A stretch of DNA of 64,000 bases, from the NCBI GenBank assembly GCA_036172245.1, contig JAYWIR010000012.1, forward strand, positions 2,542,001 to 2,606,000, written 5' to 3'. Both the position numbers and the translations under genes were made by a program. Each line of letters starts with the position of its first letter. Position 1 is the first letter of the stretch. Below the pieces are notes generated by a model. That model made no database searches. It saw nothing but the letters and a program-made list of their open reading frames with translations, and was not told the origin of the DNA. Positions 25,061 through 37,549 of this stretch are shown here, one piece after another. This DNA comes from Raillietiella orientalis. Its lineage: Eukaryota.

Positions 25061-26099
25061 ACGTCACTTCCATTTGACGGCACACCCCCCCCCTTCTATT
25101 CAAGACCTCTGCTTCCGGACGCATTCCTTTCTCGACTGTCCTCTAAATTCCAGTGTTCGGAGAGAGAGGAGTCGATTTCCCTCCGGAGGCTCGGAAGCCT
25201 CTCCTCACACATCAGCCTCCTCGGAAGCCATGCCAGTCCCGTCGCGTGTCCTCCTCGGAGTCTGGTGGGACTGCAACCTTCCGTCGCGCTGCGGCGCCTC
25301 CCTGAAGGAGGAAGACTCTCTGAGCCGGGCTCCCTGAACCCGGCCGTCCCCGAACGCATTGCGTATCCGCACGTCCACACCTTCCCGGGGAGATCAACCG
25401 CGAGCTTCTCTCTTGCCAGGACTGCCGCCGACTTGCCTCCTTCCTTCTTTTCTTTTCTTTTTCTTCTTTTTAAAGAGTTGAGCGATTAAGTATTCTCTCA
25501 TTTGGCATTCTTCTTCTTCTTCCGTACACTCTCTCCTGGAAGATAAAGAGCGCATCTCCTTCCACGAGAGCCCCATCTGCTATAAAAATGTTTCTTCCGA
25601 GGGAAATTGTTTCTGGGCTCTCTTATTAAGGAAGAAAGTTACAACAGGGCCCGCTGGAAACAAACAGAGAACAATAAACACGCGCGCGCTCGCTTGCTCG
25701 CGGAGGAAGCTGACGCGAAAGATCAATTCGGAACGGAACACCGAGCGGCGGATGAAGTGCATCGTTTGCCGTCGAGCGCCTTGTATCCTGCCGTGTGGAA
25801 ACCCCGTAACGATGGCCCGCTTATTTATTATCGCTCTCTTCACGTGACCACGCAATAAATTTGGGAAACAAGGTAAATGCATCTCTTGTAAGCTCGGATT
25901 TTATGGAGGTCTGAGATGCTGCTCCAGATTGAGGAGGAGAGAGAAGAAGAAGCTGGTGGGGAAATACATCCCCCCCTCCTCCTCCTCGTTCCTGCTCACG
26001 TACTTGCTTTGCGACAGGAGGGCACGCTGTCGATCTGGAGAGATGCAAATGAGCCAGGCGCGGGCGCGCCAGACGTGCATCAGAACTGGAGGAAGCTCC

Positions 26100-27335
26100 A
26101 AAGGAAGGAATTCACTCCGAACATGAACCCAGCGGGCGCCCCGATGATTCTCCCTGGCTGAAACGGGAAGCGGGGACCCCCTCGATTCATCTTCTTCCCC
26201 TGTTCTTGTTCCGGATGCCCTTTCATCATTAACTCGAACCCCTTTGATCCCTGTTCGCCGACAACCGGTTTCCCGGCAACGTCCATCACCTCTTTGTCAC
26301 CCTCCGCGCTTCACATTCAGGCTTCCTTCCTGGAAGAGGTTTCGAAATGGTTTTTCGATGACCCTACAGAGTCCTTCGCCTTCCCCGAACTCCGGCGCTT
26401 CTGTCCAGTGCGGACAGGATGCGCGGAACATTCCTCCCAGGTGCCACTCGGGAGCATCGCGCAGGGGTTTTCCATGCTTGCTCCGTGAGGCACAGCTCTT
26501 CACTGATCGGTGGGATCCCGCGCGTGTCCACAGGGAGAAAACACCCGAAGAGTGAAGTGAAGGCGCCAAGCCTCCCCCCTTTCCGTCCAGGGAGCCGCAG
26601 CGTTAGTAGGGAGATCATCCGTCAGAGCTCCCACCGTACGCGGGAATCATGGGAGGAGAAAGTAATCGCGGTGGTAAGCAGTCGACAAAGAGACATACCA
26701 AAGTACGACCGCGTTGGCATGGCCCGCGTGGCGGCGGACTCTGCACGCGAGGTACCGGGCATCGCGGGTTCCAATCCCGCTCGGGAAGGATGGGCACCGA
26801 GAACGAAGTTTGGTGCGTCGCTGGTTTCAAGTCCCCCCCTCCAGTCTGATGATGCTGTCTGGATCCGGTTGGCATTGGGTGCGGCACTGATGGGAAGCCG
26901 GATGTCCCCGTTGACCGACCGGCATTGGAAGTCGGCCATCCGGGCTCCTTCCAGGACATCAACGAGTCAGTTCCCTTCAGGGACCCCCTCCGGTTGCAAA
27001 AATGCCACCGTACACCATATAGCTGGTTAATATCCTCCCCTTCGAGGGGGTCGCCTGTCCAGAGCGTAAGAAGCACAATGCTCCCTCTGGAGCTGCTCCC
27101 TTTAGAGGGGCAAACAAGGAACGGTTCCCTTGGAGTTTCCTCCGGAGAAATGAGAACTGGTCCCCACTCCGGTGGTCCTTCCGGAGATGACCAGGGAGAG
27201 GGTTCCCTTTGAGGTTCCCCTGTCAAGTGTAAGAGGAACGGAGACCTGAGAAAGACGGCTTTCCTTCCTCCAAAGCCCTTCCTGGATCCATAGGGTGGTC
27301 CTCTCCTGGGTACCCCCTATATCTTGAAACTCCTG
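26100..27335 (+). mobile_element. Degenerate Ty3/gypsy pol (RT, RNase H N-terminus) running into module A, family G copy 4
   Basis: RMPF (26212-26223), WFFDD (26348-26362), EKVIAV, LQSDDA...LGAALM...DRHWKSAIRAPSRT (~LQTDAS..GLGAAL.Q...W.PVAYASRT). The module ends CCCCCTATATCTTGAA at ~27329. Confidence 0.75.
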
Positions 27336-27439
27336 GGCAGTAACTAGCAGTTCAAATGAGGGGTCATTTGCGAAATCAGTCAGAAGACGAGGGAACTAGA
27401 TGGTTGAATCACAGGTACACTGCGACCCCAAGTGCCCCA

Positions 27440-28200
27440 CCGAAAGGACTATTGCACTGGGGTGAGCTGCTGGGGATTCCGCAGGAAGTCCTCGAGTGGC
27501 TCCTAGCGCTGAAGACCTCCCCATGAAGGGCCAGGAGTCGGCACTCCTGCTGTTGCACTGGGACCTCCTGTGCAACGCCCGCCGGTCTCACTGGACCCGG
27601 GGGGCTGTGGATCCCAACTGTTGCAGGTGCGGGGAACGGGAATCCCAGCCCCCGCACCTGCTCGTAGACTGTGTTGCCCTCCGGACCCTGCGTTTGCATT
27701 ACGCAACAGCTCTTGGTACACCGACGGACAATGCCAGGGACGTGATGAAGCGCCTGTTCGTGCGCGATGCCCTTTCGCCTGCCGCATCCCCAGCAGCTCC
27801 TTGCCGCTGCCTACGAGGGATTGCGGCAGCCTGGAGCCACGCGAGAGGAGGACAGCACGACAGGGACGCCAGCTGCTCCGCGCTGCGCTTCCTACGGGCG
27901 GCAGCAAGATGGGCCCACCTGGGACTTACTCGGATGGAGCTTGCCGGCATCCTGAAAAGGATGCAGAGGACGCCCTCCAGCGGATAGTGATCCCTTAGCT
28001 AACCCCCCTAATTTTTTGTATATATTTTTTTGTGTTATTTTTATTTTCGTTTGCCCCTCAGCTGCCGAGGTGAACCTCGGCGGCCTGCGTGCCGGTCATT
28101 CGGCAGGTTGAGAACATTTTCGGACGATGTTAGGCCGATGGCCCTACACATGTATGTTTGTTTCTTATAAGAAACGTCCCGGAGTGACCGGGTGACAAAC
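27440..28200 (+). mobile_element. Tx1/L1-like LINE 3' portion (zf-RVT and 3' UTR), copy 3
   Basis: ORF 27496..27987 reads HWDLLCNARR...VDPNCCRCGERESQPPHLLVDC. T-rich UTR, hairpins at 28061-28084 and 28178-28192. Confidence 0.85.
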
Positions 28201-28349
28201 CTATAACTTGAAGATCACACGCACCCGCAGGTGGCGCGGACAGCGTTAAAGAGCCTCCCTAAGGGAGCAAACGGTTCTTAAGTACTTAGCAAACCAAAGT
28301 ACGACGACCAGCAGCTGAGAAGTCGTCAGCAGAAATGCCCCAAGGGGAG

Positions 28350-29600
28350 GGAAGAAGGGGGGGAACTCCTGACGATTCCGCTTTTTCGGGCAAGTGAAGA
28401 GAGCACAGAGATTACGAAAGTCCAGAGGGAATTTGGTTTGCTGTTGTTGGGAGGACGGATTGCTTCATTGTGGCAGAGCATAGGTCGAAGAAGAAGGGAC
28501 TCCAAAGGGGATCAGATCGAGAGCCACGGTCTGACTTGCGCTACCCAAAGCTGCTCAGTGCGGGACGTCGGTGAAGGGGGTTGAAAATCGGTCGTAGGAC
28601 CTATCGGGATGGCACTAGCTGCAGCAGCTGTGAACCGTGGTGCTCGACCTCACCGACTCTGCACCGTTACCGAGACGACCACTGTCAGCAGGATAGCGAG
28701 AAGGTCGCATCTGTCTCTCTGCTCCCTCATCGTGCAGTTTCTCTATCCGATGAACGATGGGGGATGCTCGGTCGATTCATCTTCTCTGACTTGAAGAGAG
28801 GAGCCAGTGATTCTGCGAAGAAAAGAACGCAGCTCCGCTGTCTCATTTCGTTTGGGCATGACGCATGCCTGATGGCAGCTGCCGAAGACTCCTCCTTACG
28901 ATGGTCGTGAGGCGGGTAGGTAAGCGTGGGGTGGAAAGTTGGTGGGCTAACCGGAAACCGCGGAGCGAGGCTTCATCTCCTTTTCCCACTTCCCCTTCTT
29001 CGTCTTTCTGCCGATGAGCACGTCTCGCCTAACGCCTGCCGATGGACGGAGCTGGTAAACCCCTCTCAGTGACCCCCGCAGGAGCTACCTCCATCCTTTT
29101 CACCGCGTCGACCGTTCTTCTTCCTTTGCGTTCTACGCTCCGTGAACTCGTCCCTCCCTCCCCGGTTTTCGCACGCTCGCTGCTCTTCCCGGTACCCTCG
29201 CTGGGACGTCGCAGTCCCGATGGAGTCGGAAGGCGGACCGGGAAGAAACCTGCGGAAGGGATGACCTCTAAGATCCCGCGCTCTCGCAGTCACGGAAACG
29301 CTCCCGTCCGCGCTGAGAGAAAGGAGAGGAACCCAGAGGGGCATAGCTGTGATATCTTAGGCAGATGGAATCCTGGATAAAGTTCCGCGATCGTGTTACT
29401 TAGTATCCATCGTAACGCTGCCCGCGAGTCGCCCATGAGCTGAAGAGAGGGAAATAGGAAACCGGAGTTGCCCGAAGGAAATTCGCAACAATCAGTAGGC
29501 GTGAGAGACAGGCATCTTTGGAACAAATCTGCTGATCTCATCCTTCCTTCTCGGGACTCCTGCCGCGACAAAAGACGGCAAGGAAAGCACCATAGGGAGC
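28350..29600 (-). mobile_element. Degenerate Ty3/gypsy pol (RT to RNase H)
   Basis: EGRMR...TPTD..EFP, ELYPGFHL (~DL..GFHQ), GHPF..PGPP (~MPFG..AP), GVTERGLP, SLRGF, ETDA, in order. Confidence 0.55.
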
Positions 29601-29819
29601 GCAGGGGGAGGGGAAGGGTAGGAGGTAGAAAAGGACCGCGGCGGCGGCGGCTCTCTGATAGTGCAGACGCGGGCAAATCTCGATGGATCTCCAGAGAATG
29701 AAAGAGAGAGAGGAGGAGGAGGAAAAAGGAAACAGCGAGCAATCCGTGGAGACGTCTCCATGAGTGCGTGTTACTTCTCTTCCTCCTCCTCCTCCTTAGC
29801 TAATAATAAACGCAACTCT

Positions 29820-31080
29820 TTGCTAGGTTTTTGAAACTTCTAAGTGATTCTTTTTCCTGGAAACTTCCAGACTCCGGACTGATGAGCAATTAAGACCAAG
29901 GGAACCGACCCTTGTAGATACAGGGAGGCAGATCCCCTGAGAGAAGGTGACAATTACTGTCGGCAGATGAAGTCCCCTCCCTTTTCTTAGCACCTCTCGG
30001 CAGCCTTTTCACCTCCAATTTGTAGGAGCACTTTTGTTATTGTTGTTCATCTCGTGTTCGCATGGTGGTCCAGGAAACTGCGGGCAGCGGGACGAGAATG
30101 GAGACGGATGGTCGGGCCGCGCTCCCGAGAAACACCTCCAGAGGAAAGACAAACCCCTCGCGGGGTTCGAGGCAAGGGAAAGAACGCGGCTTGAGACGCG
30201 CACCCTGGTGATTCCCGCAGGCACCTTCTGCAGCCAACTGCTCGGCATTCGTGGTTCCCAACTGAGGATTCCGATTCCTTCTCTGCTTTGTGAAGAGGAG
30301 CGGGAAGTATCGTCCTCCTTTCCTGAGGTACCTCTCACAGAGGGCATCGCTGCTTTCCTCGTCTCACCTCCTGTGCCCAGGGCACGCGAGACTTCGGTAA
30401 GGTCTACAGAAGGGAGCCAGTTTTCAGGATGAGCGAGTAACGTGATTATGGGACCAGATGTGCTCCTGCTGACCTTAACGGCCAGAGACGGAAACTACAC
30501 GAACAAGGGGCAAGAGGGGAACGTCTGCAGAAAGACGACTGAGCAACCCAAACAGGTCTCGAGCACGAAGGGGGGGGGGGGAACCCTCACGGGGGAAACC
30601 GTGTGCTGCCCTTTGTGCGGCCCGCTCCTGCCTTCATTTCTCTTATCCGCAGGGAAGCGGGTTTGCTCGCCGAGAGGAGAGGAAACTCTGGGGACTCTGA
30701 TTTTGCGCGAAACCAAATCAGCCAAGACGCCGAGGGAGCCTCTGAGCTCCAAGGAGAGAGCGGTGGGTATGGGTCCGCTACTGCTGCCCGCACCGCTCCC
30801 TGGGCTCTTCTTGTTCCTGTCCCGTTTTCACAGTTGATCAAAGAGCAACGTCGTTTCCCTTCTTTTCGTTTCAGGTACTCTCCCTCTCTTCCCCTCCAGT
30901 CCATCGCCGGCTCACCGCCGGGAGCACCTCCGCACATGAAGTCTGCTCGTGTCCAAGAGGAAGTCAGTGCTGAAGGACGACAGCAACCCCTCCGGTTTCC
31001 AGTGCGCGTCAAGGCAATTTGGAAGCGGAGGGTCGATCCATATGGGGAGCGCGTCCTGAGAAAAGGGACACGCACGTTCC
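29820..31080 (+). mobile_element. Degenerate Ty3/gypsy RNase H C-terminus and integrase
   Basis: LRTDEQL, RTLVIP...QLL, IAAFL...VRSTEGSQFS (~SD.GSQF), NKGQ..NVCR, LPSFLLS, and W....DPY (GPY/F-like motif). Confidence 0.5.
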
Positions 31081-32399
31081 TCCTACCTCACTCTCCCCGG
31101 TTCGGGACCGCGAGTTCATCACCAGTTCATTGTTGTTACCATTCATCATTCCCTGCCTCCTGCAGCGCAGATACTAAGAGGTGGGGAAGCGGAAGGTGAC
31201 CAGTGGACAAACATGAGAAGCCATCAGAGGGGGAGGACAACAGTTGTTCGCACCCTCCGCCATCCGCGCCCCCGGAAGTCGCTCGCTCTCGGAATCCCGT
31301 TAGTGGCTCGGGGAAGAAGAGCAGTCTTCGATCCCCTCCTGACCGAGCCGCTCCAGAAGGCCAGAAAAGAATAAGACGGAAGATGGAGCTCTCCGCTCCA
31401 AAAAAGATCCGTTTTCCCTTTCTTTTCCTCTTTCACCCCTCCCACAATGGGGGATTCGAGCATAGGTCGCTTCCGGAGGGGCAGGCAGCAAATAGCTCCT
31501 TGTGAAAAGGAACTCGGAACCCTTCCTCTTCCCAGAATGAAGACCGGGTTCCTCTACCCCTAGAGTGAGGGGGCTCCGGGAACCTGAAAGTGGCTTCTTG
31601 GGTGCACTCGATTCCAGGAGAAAGCTCGCGGCCATTGTCAGCGACAAAGGGGGAGGTGTTGCGAGGTGACTGGATGCTGAGAATGACAAGTGTTAAGCAC
31701 CTTTTGTGGTAGCAGATGGGAAATGGGAGGAAGCGGAAGAACTCTGCTGAAACAATGGGGGTACCCTCCTCCCCGCCCTCGCACCATTCCCTTTTTCCCC
31801 CTCTGTTCTCCTCCTCCTGTTTCCCCCCTCCTTCTCGATTCGCGCGTGCAATGGTGGCCTGTTGGCGGGGTCGAACAACCGAGCACTCGACGCATTTTCG
31901 CTGGTGGCGCCCCCGTTGAAGTGGCGCGCGGGGAGTCGGAGGAAGAAAGGGAGAGGACGGGGAGGCAGAGAGCAGACAGACGAGCCCTCTCGACTCTCGA
32001 GCCGAAGAAGGACTCGCACGGCCCGCGGAATGTGCTGTGCTGCTGGCGCTGCTGCTACTGCTCAATCTCCTTCATCTTCCTCCTCCTCCTCCTCCTCCTT
32101 TGCCCCAGCATTCCTCAGGCTCCAGCGGGAATCGCTGGCGCGAAAAGCGCTGGCTCACAGGAGCCCGAACGGAGTGCCTGGGAAGTGGAGGAAGGGGGCA
32201 GAGAGGGAGGGTGGAAATCACCAGGGTGCGCGTTGACTCATGGACGGCCACAAAAATTCCCACGGTTGTGCGAGCGCCGACGGAGTCCGTGGATACGTCG
32301 TGACAGTCCTGAGAGGAGATGCTGAACGATTAGGATTGGCGCTTTTGTCAGAAAAGCGCGCGCGCGGGGGCGACCCAGCGCCGCCGTCGCCGCCCGCTC

Positions 32400-34500
32400 C
32401 TCGAAATTCTCCTTGATTGATGGATCTCCGGTGGTCCTTGCAAGACGAGGAACGCCGTTTCGACGTCGATGGCCGCTCCCCTCCCGTCGTGATGACGGAA
32501 GGCAAACCTTCTGGCGTCCTCTTCTCCTCCTCGCCCCCCTCCTTCCTCCCGCTTCTATCCACACGCGGATAAAAGATTCTTTTGAGGTCCTTTCCATTTG
32601 TGCGCTGCGCATATTTCCTTCGTTCCCGCCTCTTCCTTACGTTGTGCCCGTTCCTCAAGGTGGAAGCCGTACAGATAGACCGGAACTGCAACGTCCCGCT
32701 CTCTCCCACGCTCCTGCGCAGGACTGGTGGTCTCGTGGCAGGAATCGAGGTTTCTGCAGCCTCCGCTTCCTTCTTTCTGGAGGGGGAAGGAGAATGCTGC
32801 AGCAGCTCTCCTTGCAGGGAGCAACGTCTTCCTACCCTTGCCTTTACCGGATCCCGTTGGTTCATTCCAAGCCGAACCTTTCTCTTGGGTTTAAGAGGAG
32901 GAATCCAAGGTGGAGCTTCTTCGCGGACGCTCCTTGGAAGCACCGCCTTATAACCGCGAAGAGAAGGACCGAAGAAGGAAGAGATTCCATGAGCTTAAGA
33001 AAGGGACTCCTTCCTGTTTTTTTTTTTTTATTATTATTCCTTCCATGTCGAAGAACATTGCGGTCTGCAGCATCCGCTTCCGAAACAGATGGAGGGCAAC
33101 CAAACTTCCGTGACAGTGTTCCAGGCAAGAGCCAAGAAGAGAAAGACCTCTCCTCACTTGTGGAGGAAGACAGGGCAGGATGCGCTTCCAGGCTCGTCCC
33201 GCCCGTGTGACCGTTCATCTGACAGTCAGCGCCTGCACGTTCGGACAGCGCGGTCTTGCCCAGAGGGCATCGGACAAAGACCCCGCGGTCGCTTCAGAGT
33301 GTCGTCGGCCGGCGGCAGCAGGCTCGCTCTCCCTCCACTGGCGCGAAAAGCTCCGGACCAGGAGGTGCGTGGGAAGGTGGCTCAAACCTGACTCCCTGCG
33401 GCCTTCCGTCTCGTTAAGTGGGAAGAAGAAGGAAGAAAGAGAGGCAAGGAGGGGAACAAGGAGGAACTGTTTCTTTTAAGAGGAGCGGGAGTGGGGTCGG
33501 GGTCACTTGCCAGCTAGGCTGCCTGCTTTCCGTGGAGCTCTCTCTCTCGTGGCTCGCGAACGGAGGCATCAGATGACACCACCGGGTGAGTGTTCTCTCA
33601 ACGTACGCGCATCTCTTCTCTCCTTCAATCCTTGTATTCTGCCTCTTCTTGCAGTACTTTCTCCTCCTCTCTGCACCTCACGGCGGCGTCTTCCTTTCCT
33701 TAATTGCAAACGCGGTTCGTTCTTTCGAGAAGCCCACCCTCCCACGAATCGTTCACGAAAACGGAGGTTCTTTCCTCTTTCTTTCTTGCAAGACTCGGCC
33801 CCGGTGATTCTCGTCCTTTCTGGCTCCTCCCTGAAAGTCTCGCTTCATAGGCTGATGGCTACTGTTGCGGGACGACTGTGGCGCTCGTGGAAACTGCACG
33901 TGGCTTCCGGGATTTCCCAAGAAACAGAGCGCTGGTGGAGCGGAGGCAACGCTCTTGAAACTCCAAGATCTGCAGTCGGCTAAACTCGACCTCTTCGGCC
34001 GAGTCCTCTTCGCCGGGGAACTTTCCCAGCTCTTAGCCTCTGGTTCCCCCTAACGTCTCCGGCGAACTTCAAGCCTCCGCATGTCTGGAAGAGGAAGAAA
34101 AAGAAAAAGAGAAGGAAGCGCTCCTGAGACACGGCATCCTTCTGGGTGGTCCTCAGAGGAGCAGAGACGCTCTTCTCTGTGTGCGCGCAATGCGTAAGGC
34201 GATATGGAGGGTTGGAAGGAAACTGGAAGGAGGCAAGAACAAAGATGAGAAGGGGAGACAAAAAAGGGTGCGAGTCGGGAGACTGCTGAGCCACGCCCTC
34301 CTAGTTTGTCCCCTGCGCCTTCCATTCCGAGAAAGCTCTCAGCCGGAAGAAGGTCGTAGAAGAGCCGGATCTGGCAGAGGATGGGAAGCAGAAGACACAG
34401 GCCGCAGTAGCAGCTTGAAGACTGCGCACGTATGGAGTGGATGCCTTACCAAGGATCCGGGAGCGATCCCTTCGCGGGCTCTAATGCAAGCATCCCTTCC
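32400..34500 (-). mobile_element. Degenerate Ty3/gypsy pol (RT, RNase H, integrase N-terminus) related to family G but lacking module A
   Basis: PPYRL, GGLKFAGDVR, FSRL...KSRK...ST, VFVND (~VYLDD), RCAYVE...CHL, TLSRKF...DRNV, QRDP, SIPATRPPVL. 32650-32955 aligns at nucleotide level with 20025-20340. Confidence 0.7.
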
Positions 34501-36056
34501 TCAACGCATCGCGCCCCCCCTCCTCCGCAGTGAGTCTGTCCCTGCCTCGCTCACGGGACAGAGGTTTTCTGAGCCTCTCCCTCTCCCACTTTTTTCGCTG
34601 CTTCTACATCTCCCGGAAGACGCGAGCACGCGCTTGAGAGTTCTTAGATCCAGAAAATCCACTAGAGGGACAGGTGCCGTGTGGAATCCTAGGGAAGAAA
34701 ATAAGTCCCTTCTCTCCCCCCCCCCTCCCCTCTCCTCTGACAGAACCGTGACGAAGAAGCGTTTCCTCGCTCCTTATCCCAAGAGCGTTTTCCCTCCACC
34801 CCCACCCCGTCCATCTCCTCCACTCCCCTCCACTCCTCTCCCCTTCCCCTTCGCCCAGCGGCGTTGAAGACGGAGAAGGTCGTGGGAGCGCGCGCGTTTC
34901 AAGCTCTAATCTCCCGGTAATCTCTCGCTCGGTGTGATGCCGTCATGGAGACGACATTTGAACGGAACGCAGAAGTCGCGCAGGGCAGCATCGGCGAGTC
35001 CGTGAGAAGGCGAAGAGCTGAGGAGAGGCCCGATATGGGGAGGGAAGCGGGGGATGGGTTTCATTGGATTACGTTCAACCCTTCTCTTCTTTGGCCGTCG
35101 ATCGCAATCGCCCGGCCGTCCGACGGACGCAAACCGACAACCGCGACATCGGCGGCGATGTCCCGTCGTCGCAGCCGGATGAGGAGCTCACCCGACGCCT
35201 CAGCTGTCGCGAGCGCACGGCCGGTCTTCTCCGCACTCCCCTCCGGGACGGAGCGGCCAGGAGCCATGAGCAGGAAAGTGGTGGAAGAGGAGGACGGAAG
35301 GGGGAGGAAGGAAGCGTGCGGTTTCTCTTCCATCCTGTTTCCCGAACTCCAGGCCCGGGAATCCCCCCGAAGCTGGTATTTCGGCCGCCGCCTCCCGACA
35401 ATGGACGCTCTGTCTCCGTCGCCGCCATGCTCCTCGTTTTCGGCTCCTCCTTTTGTCGCTAGAGATTTTTCCCTCTTCTCTCCCGCGATCGGATGGAGCA
35501 GAGGATGGAAGAGGAGTTCTTCTTTTCCCTCCCTTTCTCTCCCTCCCTCTCTTCGCCTCTCGCTCCCGTTGTTCGACGTCTCATTGTGCGCGCCTGCTCC
35601 CGGGAGGAAAGTAAGGGAATTAGTTGTAGCATTTCCCGTTAATCCGGCAGTCCTGTCTTGGCGAGCGGCTCCCTGTTTCTTTCAGATAAGCTCCAGGATT
35701 GGCATGTTTCTCCATTAACGGCCTGCCACTTTATCTGCAGCGCTCATTTCCATTGCAAAGATCCTCCGGGACTCGCCACTCGGGATCGACTTAATAGAAA
35801 AACCCGAGCTGGAAGCGCCGCGAGGGAAACCCCGGCTGAAAGCAGCCGCTCCGCTTTACGGGCGATTAGCAGATAAAGCAAACACTTCGTGTGACATCAA
35901 CTCCTCGTCTCCCGGCGAAGGATTACGGGAGGATCCGAGAAAGCGGAGGGGAGGGGCCGTCTGATTGAGGAAACATGGCCGACCCGCCGCCGCCGCCGCC
36001 GTCTCCCGCCGCCTGGCCTTTTGGTGCCGGCGGCAGGCCGAGCTGGCCTCGCACAC

Positions 36057-36079
36057 AGCAGCAGCAGCAGCAGCAGCAG
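36057..36079. repeat. (GCA)n microsatellite
   Basis: Directly visible. Confidence 0.9.
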
Positions 36080-37549
36080 TGTGCGTGCGCGCTCTGCATG
36101 CGATACGTGCGACGTGCCCCCTTGACGTGACCTGTGTGTGCTCTGGATGCCGATCGCATTCCACAGCGGCGGCGCAGTGGGGAAGCTGCGCGTCTCCTGA
36201 CGCTGCCGGGCGAGCGCAAGGTCGTCCTGCTCGCGCCGTCGTCACTCGCCGTCAAGCCAGACCACGCGCGCGGACGCGGGGCGTCATGGCGACGACGGGG
36301 GCCGGACGGAAGAAAGAAGGTCGGAGCCACTGGGGGAACCTGGCGACTCTGGTGTCCTTACCGGGATGGAGGGAAGGCGCTTTCCTCATTCCCTCCTTCA
36401 TCCACGAATATCCTGGCAGGGCACGTCTTTGGACGGGTGATCCATCGTTTCCTTCTCGGTCTCCGTGGAACTTGTCTCGGGGCAGAATGCAAAGGGACGA
36501 ACGGGACGCGGCGGCAGCAGCAGAAGGTGGCCAGTACGGAGAGCAAGGGCAGGAAGAAAAGAAGGAGCCACCGAGGACGTGCGCGCGTCTCACAGACTAG
36601 GCATGCCCGGGAGAGCTCCTTCATTCTGCCGGCGGGATTCGCACCCTGGGAAAATCCCTCCCATCCCTTGAGAGGGAGAGAAGAGCGACCCTTCTGTACA
36701 AAATGCCGTACATTCGCGATGGGTTCCGTTGCTTTTCGAGCTCTTCCCTCCCTTCCCTCCCTCTCCTTTCGACTCACGTGGCGCCTATTTCCAGCAAGCT
36801 CGCAGGAGCGAAGGCGAGGAGAGCAAGCGTCCGCGCGCGCCAGCACCTCTTCGGACGCGCGCGGCGCGCGTGGAGTTCTCTCCAGGATGCTCTCGGGACC
36901 TCCCACTCCCGCGAACAGGATGACGGGAGGAGAAGGTGTTCTTTCCGGAAACGAGGTGTTCCATTGGTGGGGGGAGGAGGGGGCAGCAACGAGAGCCGAC
37001 AAGAAGTTCCAAGGCGGCGTCGCCGAAAGGAAAGAGCTACGGCGAGTCTGGAGCCGAGTTATCGTTTCCTCGACGTTTCTGGAGCCATTACCAGGGCACA
37101 AGGATGGCTCCTTTGCTTTTTTTACAATCGGAAGGAGCATTTCCAGGAACGCGCACTGCACGTTCGAAACGCGCGCGGGACAGCTCGTGGAAAACAGATC
37201 CTTCGGAAATGTTCTTCCAGGCGCGCGGGCCCTGCCTCGCGAGGAGTATCCCTCTTCAGTCTCACCCTGCAGCATCCTCCGAGCCAACGGCCTCGAAAGT
37301 GCACCCGTGACACGCGTTCCACCAGAGTTTTGAGGTTCCACTTTGATCCCACTTTTATTCTCGCTTTTATTAAGCCTCCGGGATTCGAACCCCCCCCCCC
37401 CCCCGGTTCTTCACCTTGTAGCGGAGGCTGCGCGCGGGGTGAGCGACCGTGGAGAGCTGTTCTCAAGGGAACAAGAGTCACTCTTGATGGAAGACGCCCA
37501 CCCGGGTTCGAGATGGCTTCCTAGAGACGAATGCGAAAAGGATACCAGT

